The notes beneath the pieces are model-generated. The model saw only the letters and a list, made by a program, of their open reading frames with translations. It searched no databases and was not told where the DNA came from. Below are positions 7,800 through 16,782 of a stretch of 64,000 bases of DNA, in pieces (positions within the stretch are counted from its first letter, which is position 1; every line of letters starts with the position of its first letter). The stretch is from positions 1,649,149 to 1,713,148 of the forward strand of contig OZ242170.1 of the NCBI GenBank assembly GCA_965205545.1, read 5' to 3'. The stretch is from Candidatus Azotimanducaceae bacterium. GTDB lineage: Bacteria > Pseudomonadota > Gammaproteobacteria > Pseudomonadales > Azotimanducaceae. The position numbers and the translations under genes were made by a program.

Positions 7800-9015
7800 T
7801 GCCTGCTTCCGACTCTAGATCTCCTTCAACGTCCTCGTCTGGAAGACCTAGGTATTCAAAGTAAAGTTGCTTGAGTGTTTCGCGTGCTTTAAGAAACTGT
7901 TCGGAGGCAGTTCCTTCTAGTCTAATCGTGGAATTCTCCAACTCGATCGTGTGTGGATCGATCTCCTTGGCCGCGATAACTCCCAACTCTTGAAGCGTCG
8001 AGGCATGGATTTTCACGTTTGCGCGGTTTTGAATTCCGCCGATTATCTCTGTAGCTCCGCCGATTACCGACGCGTAACCGGCATATTCAGTAATCGTGCT
8101 GCTACTTCGTTGCGCAACGGCTCCACCTAGGACCATCATCGTCCCTGCTATTAATCGACTCCGAGACTTGTTGCGTTCCTCTCGAAGATCAATTGCCTCG
8201 GTGTACGTGCCTTCTCGCCAGTTTTGGTACGGAATTCGCATGTCCCACGCAAAGCGGGAAAAGTATTCTGCAAGTGTGTCTATTACAAGAAACTCGCGTT
8301 CTCGGACTTCACGAACTCGCCTCATGTTTGGATCATTCGACGCAGGCAAACGCACCACCTCGTATTCCTCATCCTTAGTCTCGGCGACATAGTCAGCGAA
8401 GGCATCGGGATTTATGTCGCGGGCGTAGCGCATTAGCGTAGTCAGTCGAATGTCTTCAATTTCCTCGATCGAAAGCTCTTCGACATATTCGAGCATCTCA
8501 TCTGCAATCAATCGGTAGGTTGTTTGAAACGGTTCAACATTTGAGGCAATTTCGAGAGCGTAGTGATACTTGCTAGCCAACGTTTCGTAGACTCGCTCGA
8601 ACCAGATCTCGCCTCGAGAGTCCTGCACACGCACTGCCAAAACTTGTCGCTCACCGTCAGAATGCAGAATGCCGCCGGTTACTAACACATCCACAGCATA
8701 GGTGGCTTGAGGCAGCACCCTAACGGCTCCCCAATTCCCCGTGGATTGCAACAAGTCCGTCGCGTAGCTGGAAATGTAGTTTGCTTCAGCTCTTCGTATC
8801 TCGGGAGTGATATTCCGAGTAACTAGATCGTCGTAGGCTTCGGGAATATTGGAGTCGAATACTACGACTCCCACGTCAAGCAAAAGGTCATCTGGCAGCG
8901 CGCGGTCCGAGGTTCTGGGTGCTTGGGTGTCAACAACACGCAGAGTCGTGGACGAGCACCCAAAAAGAAACAAGCAAAGTGAGAGCCCGATGTAGAGAAC
9001 ACTCGCTTTCTTCAT
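7747..9015 (-). CDS. Lipoprotein of unknown function
   Basis: The start at ATG 9015 overlaps the TGA of the upstream gene (ATGA at 9012-9015). It has the lipoprotein signal MKKASVLYIGLSLCLFLFGC (lipobox LFGC), a Gly-rich hydrophobic segment IAGTMMVLGGAVA...VIGGATEIIGG, and an acidic C-terminus. Confidence 0.7.
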   Translation of the reverse strand: MKKASVLYIGLSLCLFLFGCSSTTLRVVDTQAPRTSDRALPDDLLLDVGVVVFDSNIPEAYDDLVTRNITPEIRRAEANYISSYATDLLQSTGNWGAVRVLPQATYAVDVLVTGGILHSDGERQVLAVRVQDSRGEIWFERVYETLASKYHYALEIASNVEPFQTTYRLIADEMLEYVEELSIEEIEDIRLTTLMRYARDINPDAFADYVAETKDEEYEVVRLPASNDPNMRRVREVREREFLVIDTLAEYFSRFAWDMRIPYQNWREGTYTEAIDLREERNKSRSRLIAGTMMVLGGAVAQRSSSTITEYAGYASVIGGATEIIGGIQNRANVKIHASTLQELGVIAAKEIDPHTIELENSTIRLEGTASEQFLKARETLKQLYFEYLGLPDEDVEGDLESEAGIDESGENVTEEFFQDNG

Positions 9016-10097
9016 TTGAGACCCTCGATGTATGTCTCGTAGTCTTCCCAAAGTTTCTCTTTCAGCTCTGGATCCTCTTCTGCCATGGCGGCCTCGCGCA
9101 ATTGTCGGGCGTACACTTCCTTGTCTCGCGCATCAGGCGTGTCCGCTACTGTATGCATAGTCGGCGGAAGATTGGGTGTGCCATCTCCTTTGTTTGTTGC
9201 TTCGCTGACGGCTGAGTTCTCTTCGCCAACGCCCGAGTCGGAGGATTCGCCTTGAGACTCCGATGTTGTCTCCTCGGCCTGCATATCTGCGGGACCGCCT
9301 GCGGCAGCAGCGCGGTCATTGGCGCGAGCCAAATCATCGCTACGTTCCTCCATGATTTCGCCGTCCAAGACACCTAGTACGCGTCTCAATTCCTCATCCT
9401 CAGGATCGAGTCCGCGATTATCACCCAACTCCTGATCAAACTCTCCTGGCAGTTCTCCAATGCCGCTCTGTTCGTCTTGCGTCGCGAGCCCACCCGGTTC
9501 AGGCAACTGATTGCTAATCTCCCAACCGCCGCTGGCTTCATCGTCGCTAGTTCCGGGGATTGGTGAACTTTCAGGCAATCCGCCCTCGCCAGCCTCATCG
9601 CCTTCACTAGCCTCATCGCCTTCGGGTTCGCCAGTACCCATAGGTCCGCCGGTTTCCAACACACCTGATTCCGTTCGATCCGTTCCGTCTTGAGGAGTAC
9701 CTTCGCCCTCACCCTCTTCTTGATCTTGATCAGCTACACCGGTTGACGGCATTCCGGGCAAATCTGCATCCGTTGGCCCGTCAGTGCTCGTCGGCAGCGA
9801 TGGAAGAGATGGCATGCCAGTCGACGAATCGGTACCGGGCAAGGTAGTGCTTGGTGGAATTGGCAACGGGGGACTGCTTGTAGGTGATGGAATCGGCGAA
9901 GGGATGGATGGTAGACCCGATCCCTGTCCCTGTCCGGTTGATGTGCCACCTGATGACGGTGCACCTGATGTCGATGGCGGCATCGAGCTTTGTGACGGAC
10001 TTGGCAATTCGATTGTTGGAAAGTCTCGAGGCGTACTGGATAGACAGCCACTTAGCAGTGCGATTGCGACGCCAACTGCTAGCAATCGACTTGCCAT
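9012..10097 (-). CDS. Lipoprotein with P/S/T-rich and D/E/G-rich disordered regions
   Basis: The ORF extends to 10187, but MASRLLAVGVAIALLSGC from ATG 10097 is a classical lipoprotein signal with lipobox LSGC. It is followed by PSIPSPIPSPTSSPPLPIPPS and EGDEASEGDEAGEGG low-complexity tracts, and a short helical C-terminus EDPELKEKLWEDYETYIEGLK. Confidence 0.65.
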   Translation of the reverse strand: MASRLLAVGVAIALLSGCLSSTPRDFPTIELPSPSQSSMPPSTSGAPSSGGTSTGQGQGSGLPSIPSPIPSPTSSPPLPIPPSTTLPGTDSSTGMPSLPSLPTSTDGPTDADLPGMPSTGVADQDQEEGEGEGTPQDGTDRTESGVLETGGPMGTGEPEGDEASEGDEAGEGGLPESSPIPGTSDDEASGGWEISNQLPEPGGLATQDEQSGIGELPGEFDQELGDNRGLDPEDEELRRVLGVLDGEIMEERSDDLARANDRAAAAGGPADMQAEETTSESQGESSDSGVGEENSAVSEATNKGDGTPNLPPTMHTVADTPDARDKEVYARQLREAAMAEEDPELKEKLWEDYETYIEGLK

Positions 10098-10287
10098 CAA
10101 AAACGGCTTGCTGCTGCAATGCTCTTTCGCCGCACTGCCTAGCACACTCAACCCTGATTTATTTGTGTTGAGAGAAACGATGTCCATTTCAGCCTGTTCC
10201 CGCCATCAAGGCTTGTTTTCTCCTCTACTACAGAGACACTGTCTCGGCAACAAGGTTCACTTTAGTGCAATGCATAGTGTCAATAAC

Positions 10288-11589
10288 CTACTCTTCGGCA
10301 CTTGAGTCCGAAAAGAAGATGTATTCATGCGTCAATATTACTCCTTCCTGCGGCTTCCTCTCTCCACTTCGAACGACTGGGCGGTACCTAGCCTCTCGCA
10401 TAGACTCCAAAAATAGCTCAACAAATCGATCGTCAGGCACAACAGATTCGACGGTTACTTCCTCGACCAATCCCTCTGCGTCGACGTTGAACATCAATTC
10501 AATTCTGCCCTCTAAAGGCTCCACTAGACTCGCTTGAGGATGCGCCTGCGGACTTCTTGACAGAGGGTAGTACAGCGCCACCGGTTGGCTGAATTCCTTG
10601 CTTAAAAACTCTGCACTAAGGTTGCTGGAGAACATCTCCCATATGTCCCTATACACAATGGTGGCTAGTTCAATCTTGTCGAACAGCAAGTACCAGTCCG
10701 CCAAGTCCAATTTGGCGTAAGCTAGGGATTCAGACGAGCTTTCTGCTCGCTCCTGCTCGATTTCCACCAGCTCTTTGAGAGCTTCCTCTCCAGGTGCAAA
10801 CCGGTTAACTGTGGCTTTGTAAGTTGGAACGCCCTCATCAGTCGATGCCGACTGATCAATGAACTCCTCGCTCACAACGAGCTCTCCCGGAGTCGTGAAT
10901 CGCTCATGGCGATAGCTCATAGCCAGTCCTTTCAATGCTCGAATGTTAAAGGGATCTGTCCGCTCAAGATTGGTCTCTGTAATCTTCAGTGCATCGTCAA
11001 ACATTCCTCGTGCTGCAAATACGTTGCGCACTTCCAAATACCACTCCGCCAATTCGAGCAAACCTGGCAGAAGATCAACCGAGTCCTCGCCATATGTCCG
11101 CACGTTTACGTTGTATGCATACTCATGGCGGTCCGTTGCGCGTCCAATTTGGCCGAGCTCGTGGTAGGTGTCAGCTTCCCGGTATACGACGTCAAGCTGC
11201 TCGACGGAATGCAGGCCATGTGCTAGTCGCGAAACATGGCGTGCACGATCATAGGTGTCAAGGGCCTCCACATACTCGCCGTTCTTGCGCAATCCGTCGC
11301 CCAGCAAAAGAAGAGGCTCGACAAGTATCGGATCGAAACGCGACCCTTCTTCTTCCAATTGATCAATGAAGTTACTTGCAAGTTCTATGGCTTCGCCGAT
11401 TTCATTGGAAGCCAAGCGAGTTCGAATGGCCTCCAAGGGGTCGCTGGGTGTGCTGGGCATATCCTGCTGACCAACATCGTTGCCACCATTCTCATCACCC
11501 ATGCATGCAATTCCAACGAGCAGCACAGCCAAGGCAACAAAAGAGCTCGCCGTCCGTTGGACAGTCAAGCCAATGTGTTCAATCTTCAT
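10288..11589 (-). CDS. TPR-repeat protein with C-terminal TonB_C-like domain (first gene of the operon)
   Basis: The ORF extends to 11673 and the start is uncertain; I chose M29 (MKIEHIGLTVQRTASSFVALAVLLVGIAC, a signal or anchor). It has TPR-like helices (NGEYVEALDTYDRARHV, GQIGRATDRHEYAYNV). The C-terminal roughly 80 aa, GRIELMFNVDAEGLVEEVTVESVVPDDRFVELFLESMREARYRP, resembles the TonB C-terminal fold. Confidence 0.65.
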   Translation of the reverse strand: MKIEHIGLTVQRTASSFVALAVLLVGIACMGDENGGNDVGQQDMPSTPSDPLEAIRTRLASNEIGEAIELASNFIDQLEEEGSRFDPILVEPLLLLGDGLRKNGEYVEALDTYDRARHVSRLAHGLHSVEQLDVVYREADTYHELGQIGRATDRHEYAYNVNVRTYGEDSVDLLPGLLELAEWYLEVRNVFAARGMFDDALKITETNLERTDPFNIRALKGLAMSYRHERFTTPGELVVSEEFIDQSASTDEGVPTYKATVNRFAPGEEALKELVEIEQERAESSSESLAYAKLDLADWYLLFDKIELATIVYRDIWEMFSSNLSAEFLSKEFSQPVALYYPLSRSPQAHPQASLVEPLEGRIELMFNVDAEGLVEEVTVESVVPDDRFVELFLESMREARYRPVVRSGERKPQEGVILTHEYIFFSDSSAEE

Positions 11590-11752
11590 TAGTTTGAAAT
11601 TCACAACCCGTTTGTTAGCTTTCAACCGCATCCCATTCATGAGATCCAAACATCGATATAAACTAACTCTCATTCGTAGCTAAGTGGTTCTCTCAGTTGA
11701 CTCGTTCGATAGTGTGTTTGACCCGCAAATGCTTGGAAATGTCTTCTAGTCC

Positions 11753-11980
11753 GTGAAATACGACCACAAATTGGACACATGCGGTCTCACATGCCCCGAA
11801 CCACTCATGATGGTTCGCAATAAAGTGCGTGAGATGCGGTCGGGCGAACGCCTACTTGTCCTTGCAACAGATCCTTCAACACATCGAGATTTCTTGAACT
11901 TCTGCCGGTTCCTAGGCCACAGCCTTGAACATGCCGAAACAAGCAAAGAAATCCTCGAATTCGTCATATGTAAAGGTTAA
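11753..11980 (+). CDS. tusA: Sulfurtransferase TusA family
   Basis: 75 aa with a GTG start. LDTCGLTCPEPLMMVRNKV contains the CPxP active-site motif, and LLVLATDPSTHRDF is also conserved. Confidence 0.85.
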   Translation: MKYDHKLDTCGLTCPEPLMMVRNKVREMRSGERLLVLATDPSTHRDFLNFCRFLGHSLEHAETSKEILEFVICKG

Positions 11981-11988
11981 CTGAATTG

Positions 11989-12447
11989 ATGCAACAAGTG
12001 CACCATTACTTCGCATATGGCAGCAATATGAACGAAAATCGAGCACGTGAACGCAAACTTCACTTCACGTCGGTTAGTTGCGCACAATTGGACGGCTTTG
12101 TATTGAAGTTCAACAAGCGCTCACGCAAAACTCCAATCTCGGGACGAGCAAACGTCATGCAGCAAACTGGTAGTGTTGTATACGGTGTGCTCTACCATCT
12201 GTGCACTCCGACCAACATTGTGACAATGGATCCCTACGAACATGCGCCAGTCGACTACCGTCGAATAATCGTCGAGATCAGCGCACCTGAATTCAGCGGC
12301 CCGAGCTGGTTGTACGTTGCAAATCCAAGTGTTGTGGACAACTCGCTTCTTCCCTCACGTTCCTATCTCAAGCACTTGCTTGCGGGACGCAGCTTTTTGC
12401 CGAAGAGCTACCTTGAGGAACTTGCCCGCGTGGCTTGTCTGGATTGA
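11989..12447 (+). CDS. Gamma-glutamylcyclotransferase (AIG2/GGCT-like) family protein
   Basis: The N-terminal YFAYGSNM motif is typical of the GGCT fold. The ATG at 11989 follows the TTG at 11986 listed in the track. Confidence 0.7.
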   Translation: MQQVHHYFAYGSNMNENRARERKLHFTSVSCAQLDGFVLKFNKRSRKTPISGRANVMQQTGSVVYGVLYHLCTPTNIVTMDPYEHAPVDYRRIIVEISAPEFSGPSWLYVANPSVVDNSLLPSRSYLKHLLAGRSFLPKSYLEELARVACLD

Positions 12448-12495
12448 CGAATCAGTGTCAATTCGACGGGAATAGCTGACTCGACGTGGCCAGAC

Positions 12496-13572
12496 ATGAC
12501 CGAACGCTGTGATGTTGTCGTAATTGGTGCCGGAATAGTTGGTCTAGCCGTCGGTAGAGCTTTGGCCATGCGAGGCCGAGAAGTTCTTGTACTTGAACAA
12601 CACGACATGATCGGTACCCAGACTTCAAGCAGAAACTCTGAAGTGATCCATGCGGGAATCTACTACCCCACGGATTCGTTGAAAGCGAAGCTTTGCGTCG
12701 AAGGAAAGCACTTGTTGTATAGGTATTGCGAAGAGCACAAGGTGCCCTATAAGCGCATTGGCAAAATCATTGTCGCAACTTCCATAGGCCAACTCGCCAC
12801 ACTGAAGCAATACCAAACCCAGTCGATCGCAAACGGTGCTGGAGAGCTTCCTTGGCTCGAACAACGAGACATAAGGACCCGAGAGCCTGCCGTTAGGTGT
12901 CTTGCCGGAGTTTTTTCACCCTCAACGGGGATCATTGACAGCCATGCCTACATGTTGAGTCTTGAAGGAGATCTGGAGGCTTGCGGAGGCATGGTCGCCT
13001 TCAACTCGAAGGTCGGATCCATTATTCGCAATGGCGAAACAATAGTCTCTTGTGCCGGAATGAGACTCTCTCCTAGGCTCTTAGTAAACGCGGCGGGGCT
13101 TGCGGCACCACAAATCTCGCATCAACTGGGAGGAAGGCACCAAGCCCATTTCGCCAAAGGCCACTACTACACGCTTTCTGGAGCCTCGCCATTCAATCAC
13201 CTCATCTACCCTATCGCAGAAAGTGGGGGGCTAGGTGTGCACGTAACCATCGATATCGGCGGGCAAGCCCGCTTTGGACCCGATGTGGAGTGGATTGACG
13301 AGGTCAGTTACGACTTCTCATACAGCAACCGACAGCTGTTCATCGAAACCGTGCGGAGCTACTACCCAGAATTGGATGAATCGAAGCTTCATGCGGGTTA
13401 TACAGGAATAAGGCCAAAGCTTGTTCCAAAAGGCGATCCACCCGCAGATTTCGTCGTTAACGGACCAAAGGAGACGGGAATTCCCGGCTATGTTGAATTG
13501 CTGGGAATTGAGTCGCCAGGGCTCACTGCTTCGCTAGCCATCGCGAACCTAGTTGTTGAGCTTGCTTCCTAG
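12496..13572 (+). CDS. FAD-dependent oxidoreductase (L-2-hydroxyglutarate oxidase-like)
   Basis: The N-terminal Rossmann motif DVVVIGAGIVGLAVGRAL is followed by SSRNSEVIHAGIYYP, typical of the LhgO/COG0579 group. Confidence 0.75.
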   Translation: MTERCDVVVIGAGIVGLAVGRALAMRGREVLVLEQHDMIGTQTSSRNSEVIHAGIYYPTDSLKAKLCVEGKHLLYRYCEEHKVPYKRIGKIIVATSIGQLATLKQYQTQSIANGAGELPWLEQRDIRTREPAVRCLAGVFSPSTGIIDSHAYMLSLEGDLEACGGMVAFNSKVGSIIRNGETIVSCAGMRLSPRLLVNAAGLAAPQISHQLGGRHQAHFAKGHYYTLSGASPFNHLIYPIAESGGLGVHVTIDIGGQARFGPDVEWIDEVSYDFSYSNRQLFIETVRSYYPELDESKLHAGYTGIRPKLVPKGDPPADFVVNGPKETGIPGYVELLGIESPGLTASLAIANLVVELAS

Positions 13573-13725
13573 AATAAATTGGCAGTGGGACCATTGCAAT
13601 TTGACGCGATCACTGCCTGCGCACTCAATTGGTTGTAGTGCTCCCCCGGGTAGCCCTCTCACGGTCTACAATAAATCAACTTTTGCGTCTTCAAATGACA
13701 TTGCTAACTTAGGCTAGGTCCGACG

Positions 13726-14133
13726 ATGGGAAACTCACGAAAATCAGATGAAGAGTGGCGTTCTAAACTAACGGATCACGAATACCGCATTTTGCGGGAA
13801 TCCGCCACCGAACGTGCATTTACGGGAGAGTATTGGGACACTAAGACACCTGGTACATATCAATGCCGAGCCTGCGGACAACCATTGTTTGACTCGGAAA
13901 CAAAGTATGACTCCGGTTGCGGCTGGCCAAGCTTCTACGAGCCAATCAAGCAAGAAGCTGTGGAGACTCAAGAGGACCGATCTATGTTCATGGTGCGAAC
14001 GGAGGTCCTGTGTTCTGCTTGCGATTCTCATTTGGGGCACGTCTTTCCTGATGGTCCCCATCCAACTGGACTGCGTTATTGCATGAACTCCGCTTCACTG
14101 CGCCTAGATGAAGACGAAGGTACCGACGACTGA
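13726..14133 (+). CDS. msrB: Peptide-methionine (R)-S-oxide reductase
   Basis: It has two CxxC pairs ([21 protein letters not shown]) and the catalytic region GLRYCMNS. Confidence 0.93.
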   Translation: MGNSRKSDEEWRSKLTDHEYRILRESATERAFTGEYWDTKTPGTYQCRACGQPLFDSETKYDSGCGWPSFYEPIKQEAVETQEDRSMFMVRTEVLCSACDSHLGHVFPDGPHPTGLRYCMNSASLRLDEDEGTDD

Positions 14134-15726
14134 TTAGAAGCCTGCCGCGTTACCCTCCTTTCGATGGTCTGAAGCGCCACAATAGCCGTCTTCCAATCGG
14201 GCAATCAACTGTGCACCGCCGAACAAGTCAATCGACTCGTTTATTCGGGCTCGATGCCCCCTGCTGATTAGTCCGCTGACTGCAGACTCCGAATAACCAC
14301 GTTCAAGTTCAATCCCAAAGTCCGGGGTCACATGCCACCGTGGCGCGTCTGACGCCGCTTGAGGGTTTTCGCTGTGGTCGAATATGCGAGTAATCATTTG
14401 AACGTGCCCTTGATGCTGCATGTGACCACCCATGACACCAAAGGCTAGCTCCGGCTTTCCCTGTCGTGTAACGAATCCCGGAATGATGGTGTGAAATGGT
14501 CGTTTGCCAGGTCCGACTCGATTGGGATGCCCTTCGTTCAACGAGAATCCCGCACCCCGATTTTGCAGCGCAATTCCTGTTCCCTCAATCACCACGCCGG
14601 AACCGAATCCCATGTAGTTCGATTGAATGTAGGACACCATGTTGCCCTGTGAGTCACTAGTGCACAGGTAGACTGTGTCCGTGCCAGGAAGCAGATCGGG
14701 TGGCGGCGACGCAGACGCACGGTTGCCGATATTCGACGCGGCTCTATCCAAAACATCGGAACTCAGCAGTGCGTCAATGCCAACTTCCATGAATTCGGGA
14801 TCCGAGAAGTACTGAAACGCACACCGAATTGCTACCTTCATTGCCTCGACTTGAATATGCGTCCACGTTTCTGAACCGGGATCCATCTCTCGAGCTGCAA
14901 GTCTGTCTAGCAGGCCCAAGGCGACGAGCGCGGCTACACCTTGACCATTCGGCGGCAATTCATGAGCCGTGATTTCGCCATATTTCAGCGAACAAGGTTC
15001 GCACCATTCCGCACGATGGCTTGCCAAATCTTCGTGCCGCATTAGCCCGCCCTCTCTTTTTGCTTGTTCAACAATGCAGTTTGAAAGGCGACCAGAGTAA
15101 AACGAATCACCGCCCGTGGACGCGATCTCGCGCAAGGTTGCGGCGAGGTCGCTCCGAATGAAAAGTTCGCCCGCTTGCGGAGCCCTACCTTGTGGAAGAA
15201 AGTGCTCTCGAAACGAACTGAATTTGCCTAACCTCTCACTCGCCTGCCCCCAATGGAAAGCTGTACGACGTCCCACGTGAAATCCCGTTTCCGCGTAATG
15301 AATCGCTGCGTCGAAAAGACGTTCAAACGGCAACCTGCCGAACTTGGCTGAGAGTTCAATCCAAGCGTTTACAGCGCCTGGTGTAGTGACAGACTCCCAA
15401 CCACTTGTAGGCATGAATGACAGGTCACGGTAGCGCTCCCAGTTCCACAGTTTGGGTGATCTTCCCGATGCATTGAGACCATGCAGCGTATTACCGTCCC
15501 ACACAATGGCAAATGCATCGCTCCCTACGCCGTTTGAGCAAGGCTCCACAACAGTGAGAGTGATTGCTGCCGCCAACGCCGCGTCAATAGCATTGCCGCC
15601 CTCGCGTAGCGTCTCTATGCCTGCCGCGGTAGCGAGAGGCTGCGAAGTGGCAACAATGTTGCGAGCGAAGACGGGGTCTCTTTGCGACCTGTAAGGCAGG
15701 TCCCAGTTCAGATCGTCAGGCTGCAT
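14134..15726 (-). CDS. Gamma-glutamyltransferase family protein (no signal peptide)
   Basis: 530 aa. ATSQPLATAAGIETLREGGNAIDAALAA, the autoprocessing-site region GTDTVYLCTSD, and GFGSGVV...GIALQNRG are GGT-family blocks. Confidence 0.85.
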   Translation of the reverse strand: MQPDDLNWDLPYRSQRDPVFARNIVATSQPLATAAGIETLREGGNAIDAALAAAITLTVVEPCSNGVGSDAFAIVWDGNTLHGLNASGRSPKLWNWERYRDLSFMPTSGWESVTTPGAVNAWIELSAKFGRLPFERLFDAAIHYAETGFHVGRRTAFHWGQASERLGKFSSFREHFLPQGRAPQAGELFIRSDLAATLREIASTGGDSFYSGRLSNCIVEQAKREGGLMRHEDLASHRAEWCEPCSLKYGEITAHELPPNGQGVAALVALGLLDRLAAREMDPGSETWTHIQVEAMKVAIRCAFQYFSDPEFMEVGIDALLSSDVLDRAASNIGNRASASPPPDLLPGTDTVYLCTSDSQGNMVSYIQSNYMGFGSGVVIEGTGIALQNRGAGFSLNEGHPNRVGPGKRPFHTIIPGFVTRQGKPELAFGVMGGHMQHQGHVQMITRIFDHSENPQAASDAPRWHVTPDFGIELERGYSESAVSGLISRGHRARINESIDLFGGAQLIARLEDGYCGASDHRKEGNAAGF

Positions 15727-15917
15727 GATCCGTTAGTAGAGATGTGAGAACCTAGCGATGGTCGAGCAACACCACCCAATCAGCCCACACAAGCCACCCA
15801 TCGCATATTCGTCCCAATGGTCCCTTATCGACTCCTGCGTCCAGAGTTGCGTGTCAGGCGGATCCGTGACGTATTTGACCTCGTCGTGTCCTAGACAGAG
15901 GTCCGCAATGGAATTTG

Positions 15918-16691
15918 CTAGCGACCCTTCCAGTTGGGGGGTCGCTTTTCCGAGAAGGCTCGTGGCCCTTCAATAAAGTCCTCGCTCTTGGAGAGTGTCG
16001 CAACTGAGTCATAGCGAACCGCCATCGACTCCTGCAGCGAGTCAATCGACAAGCTTCTATACACCACATCCTTGCTCGCTCTAATAGACAACGGCGCACA
16101 CTCCAAGATCTGCCCTACCCACTTGTGGGTAGCATCCATGAGCTCGTCATGAGGCACCACATCGTTCACGAATCCGAGTTCCTTTCCTTCCTGAGGAGAG
16201 ACATGCCTACCAGTTAAGATCATTCCCAACGCTCGCTTCACACCAATCTGACGCGGCAGTCGCTGCAATCCGCCAGCCAAAGCCGCCAGTCCCACCTTTG
16301 GCTCAGGTAGTGCAAACAGAGCGTTTTCCGAAGCAATGATCAAGTCGCATGCAAGAGCAATTTCGAATCCGCCACCCATTGCAACACCGTTGACCGCTGC
16401 GACAACCGGCTTCGTCAAGTCGAAGCGTGACGTCAAGCCACCAAATCCGCGAGGCATCGCTACACGTTCTCCGCCCTCGGCCTGATAGCGAAGATCATTT
16501 CCAGCGCAGAATCCTCTTCCTTCACCAGTAATAATTGCAACCCACAGATCGTCATCGGCGGCGAATGCATCGAAGACTTCGCCAAGCTCTGCATTGCCAG
16601 GTGGATGCAGCGCGTTCAAGCGTTCGGGACGATTGATTGTGACCGTCAAAATGTGGTCTTGCGAATCGATTCTGCAAAATTCCGGCACCAA
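15918..16691 (-). CDS. Enoyl-CoA hydratase/isomerase (crotonase) family protein
   Basis: ILTVTINRPERLNAL, GEGRGFCAGNDL and AAVNGVAMGGGFEIALACD are crotonase signatures. Confidence 0.88.
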   Translation of the reverse strand: MVPEFCRIDSQDHILTVTINRPERLNALHPPGNAELGEVFDAFAADDDLWVAIITGEGRGFCAGNDLRYQAEGGERVAMPRGFGGLTSRFDLTKPVVAAVNGVAMGGGFEIALACDLIIASENALFALPEPKVGLAALAGGLQRLPRQIGVKRALGMILTGRHVSPQEGKELGFVNDVVPHDELMDATHKWVGQILECAPLSIRASKDVVYRSLSIDSLQESMAVRYDSVATLSKSEDFIEGPRAFSEKRPPNWKGR

Positions 16692-16782
16692 ATTTCTCCA
16701 AAAATCCAGCTTGAGTTCGTTTCAACGCCATTGTAAGCACTGCTGCTCGAACGGCGGCAACAGAATGCCGAAGTAGGTGTGT

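Noticed and set aside
9734-10119. Same-strand alternative-frame ORFs (105 and 112 aa) within the disordered lipoprotein gene.
   Set aside because: They are overlapping frames of a Pro/Ser/Asp/Glu low-complexity region. The frame with the lipoprotein signal peptide and the ATGA coupling to the next gene is the coherent one.
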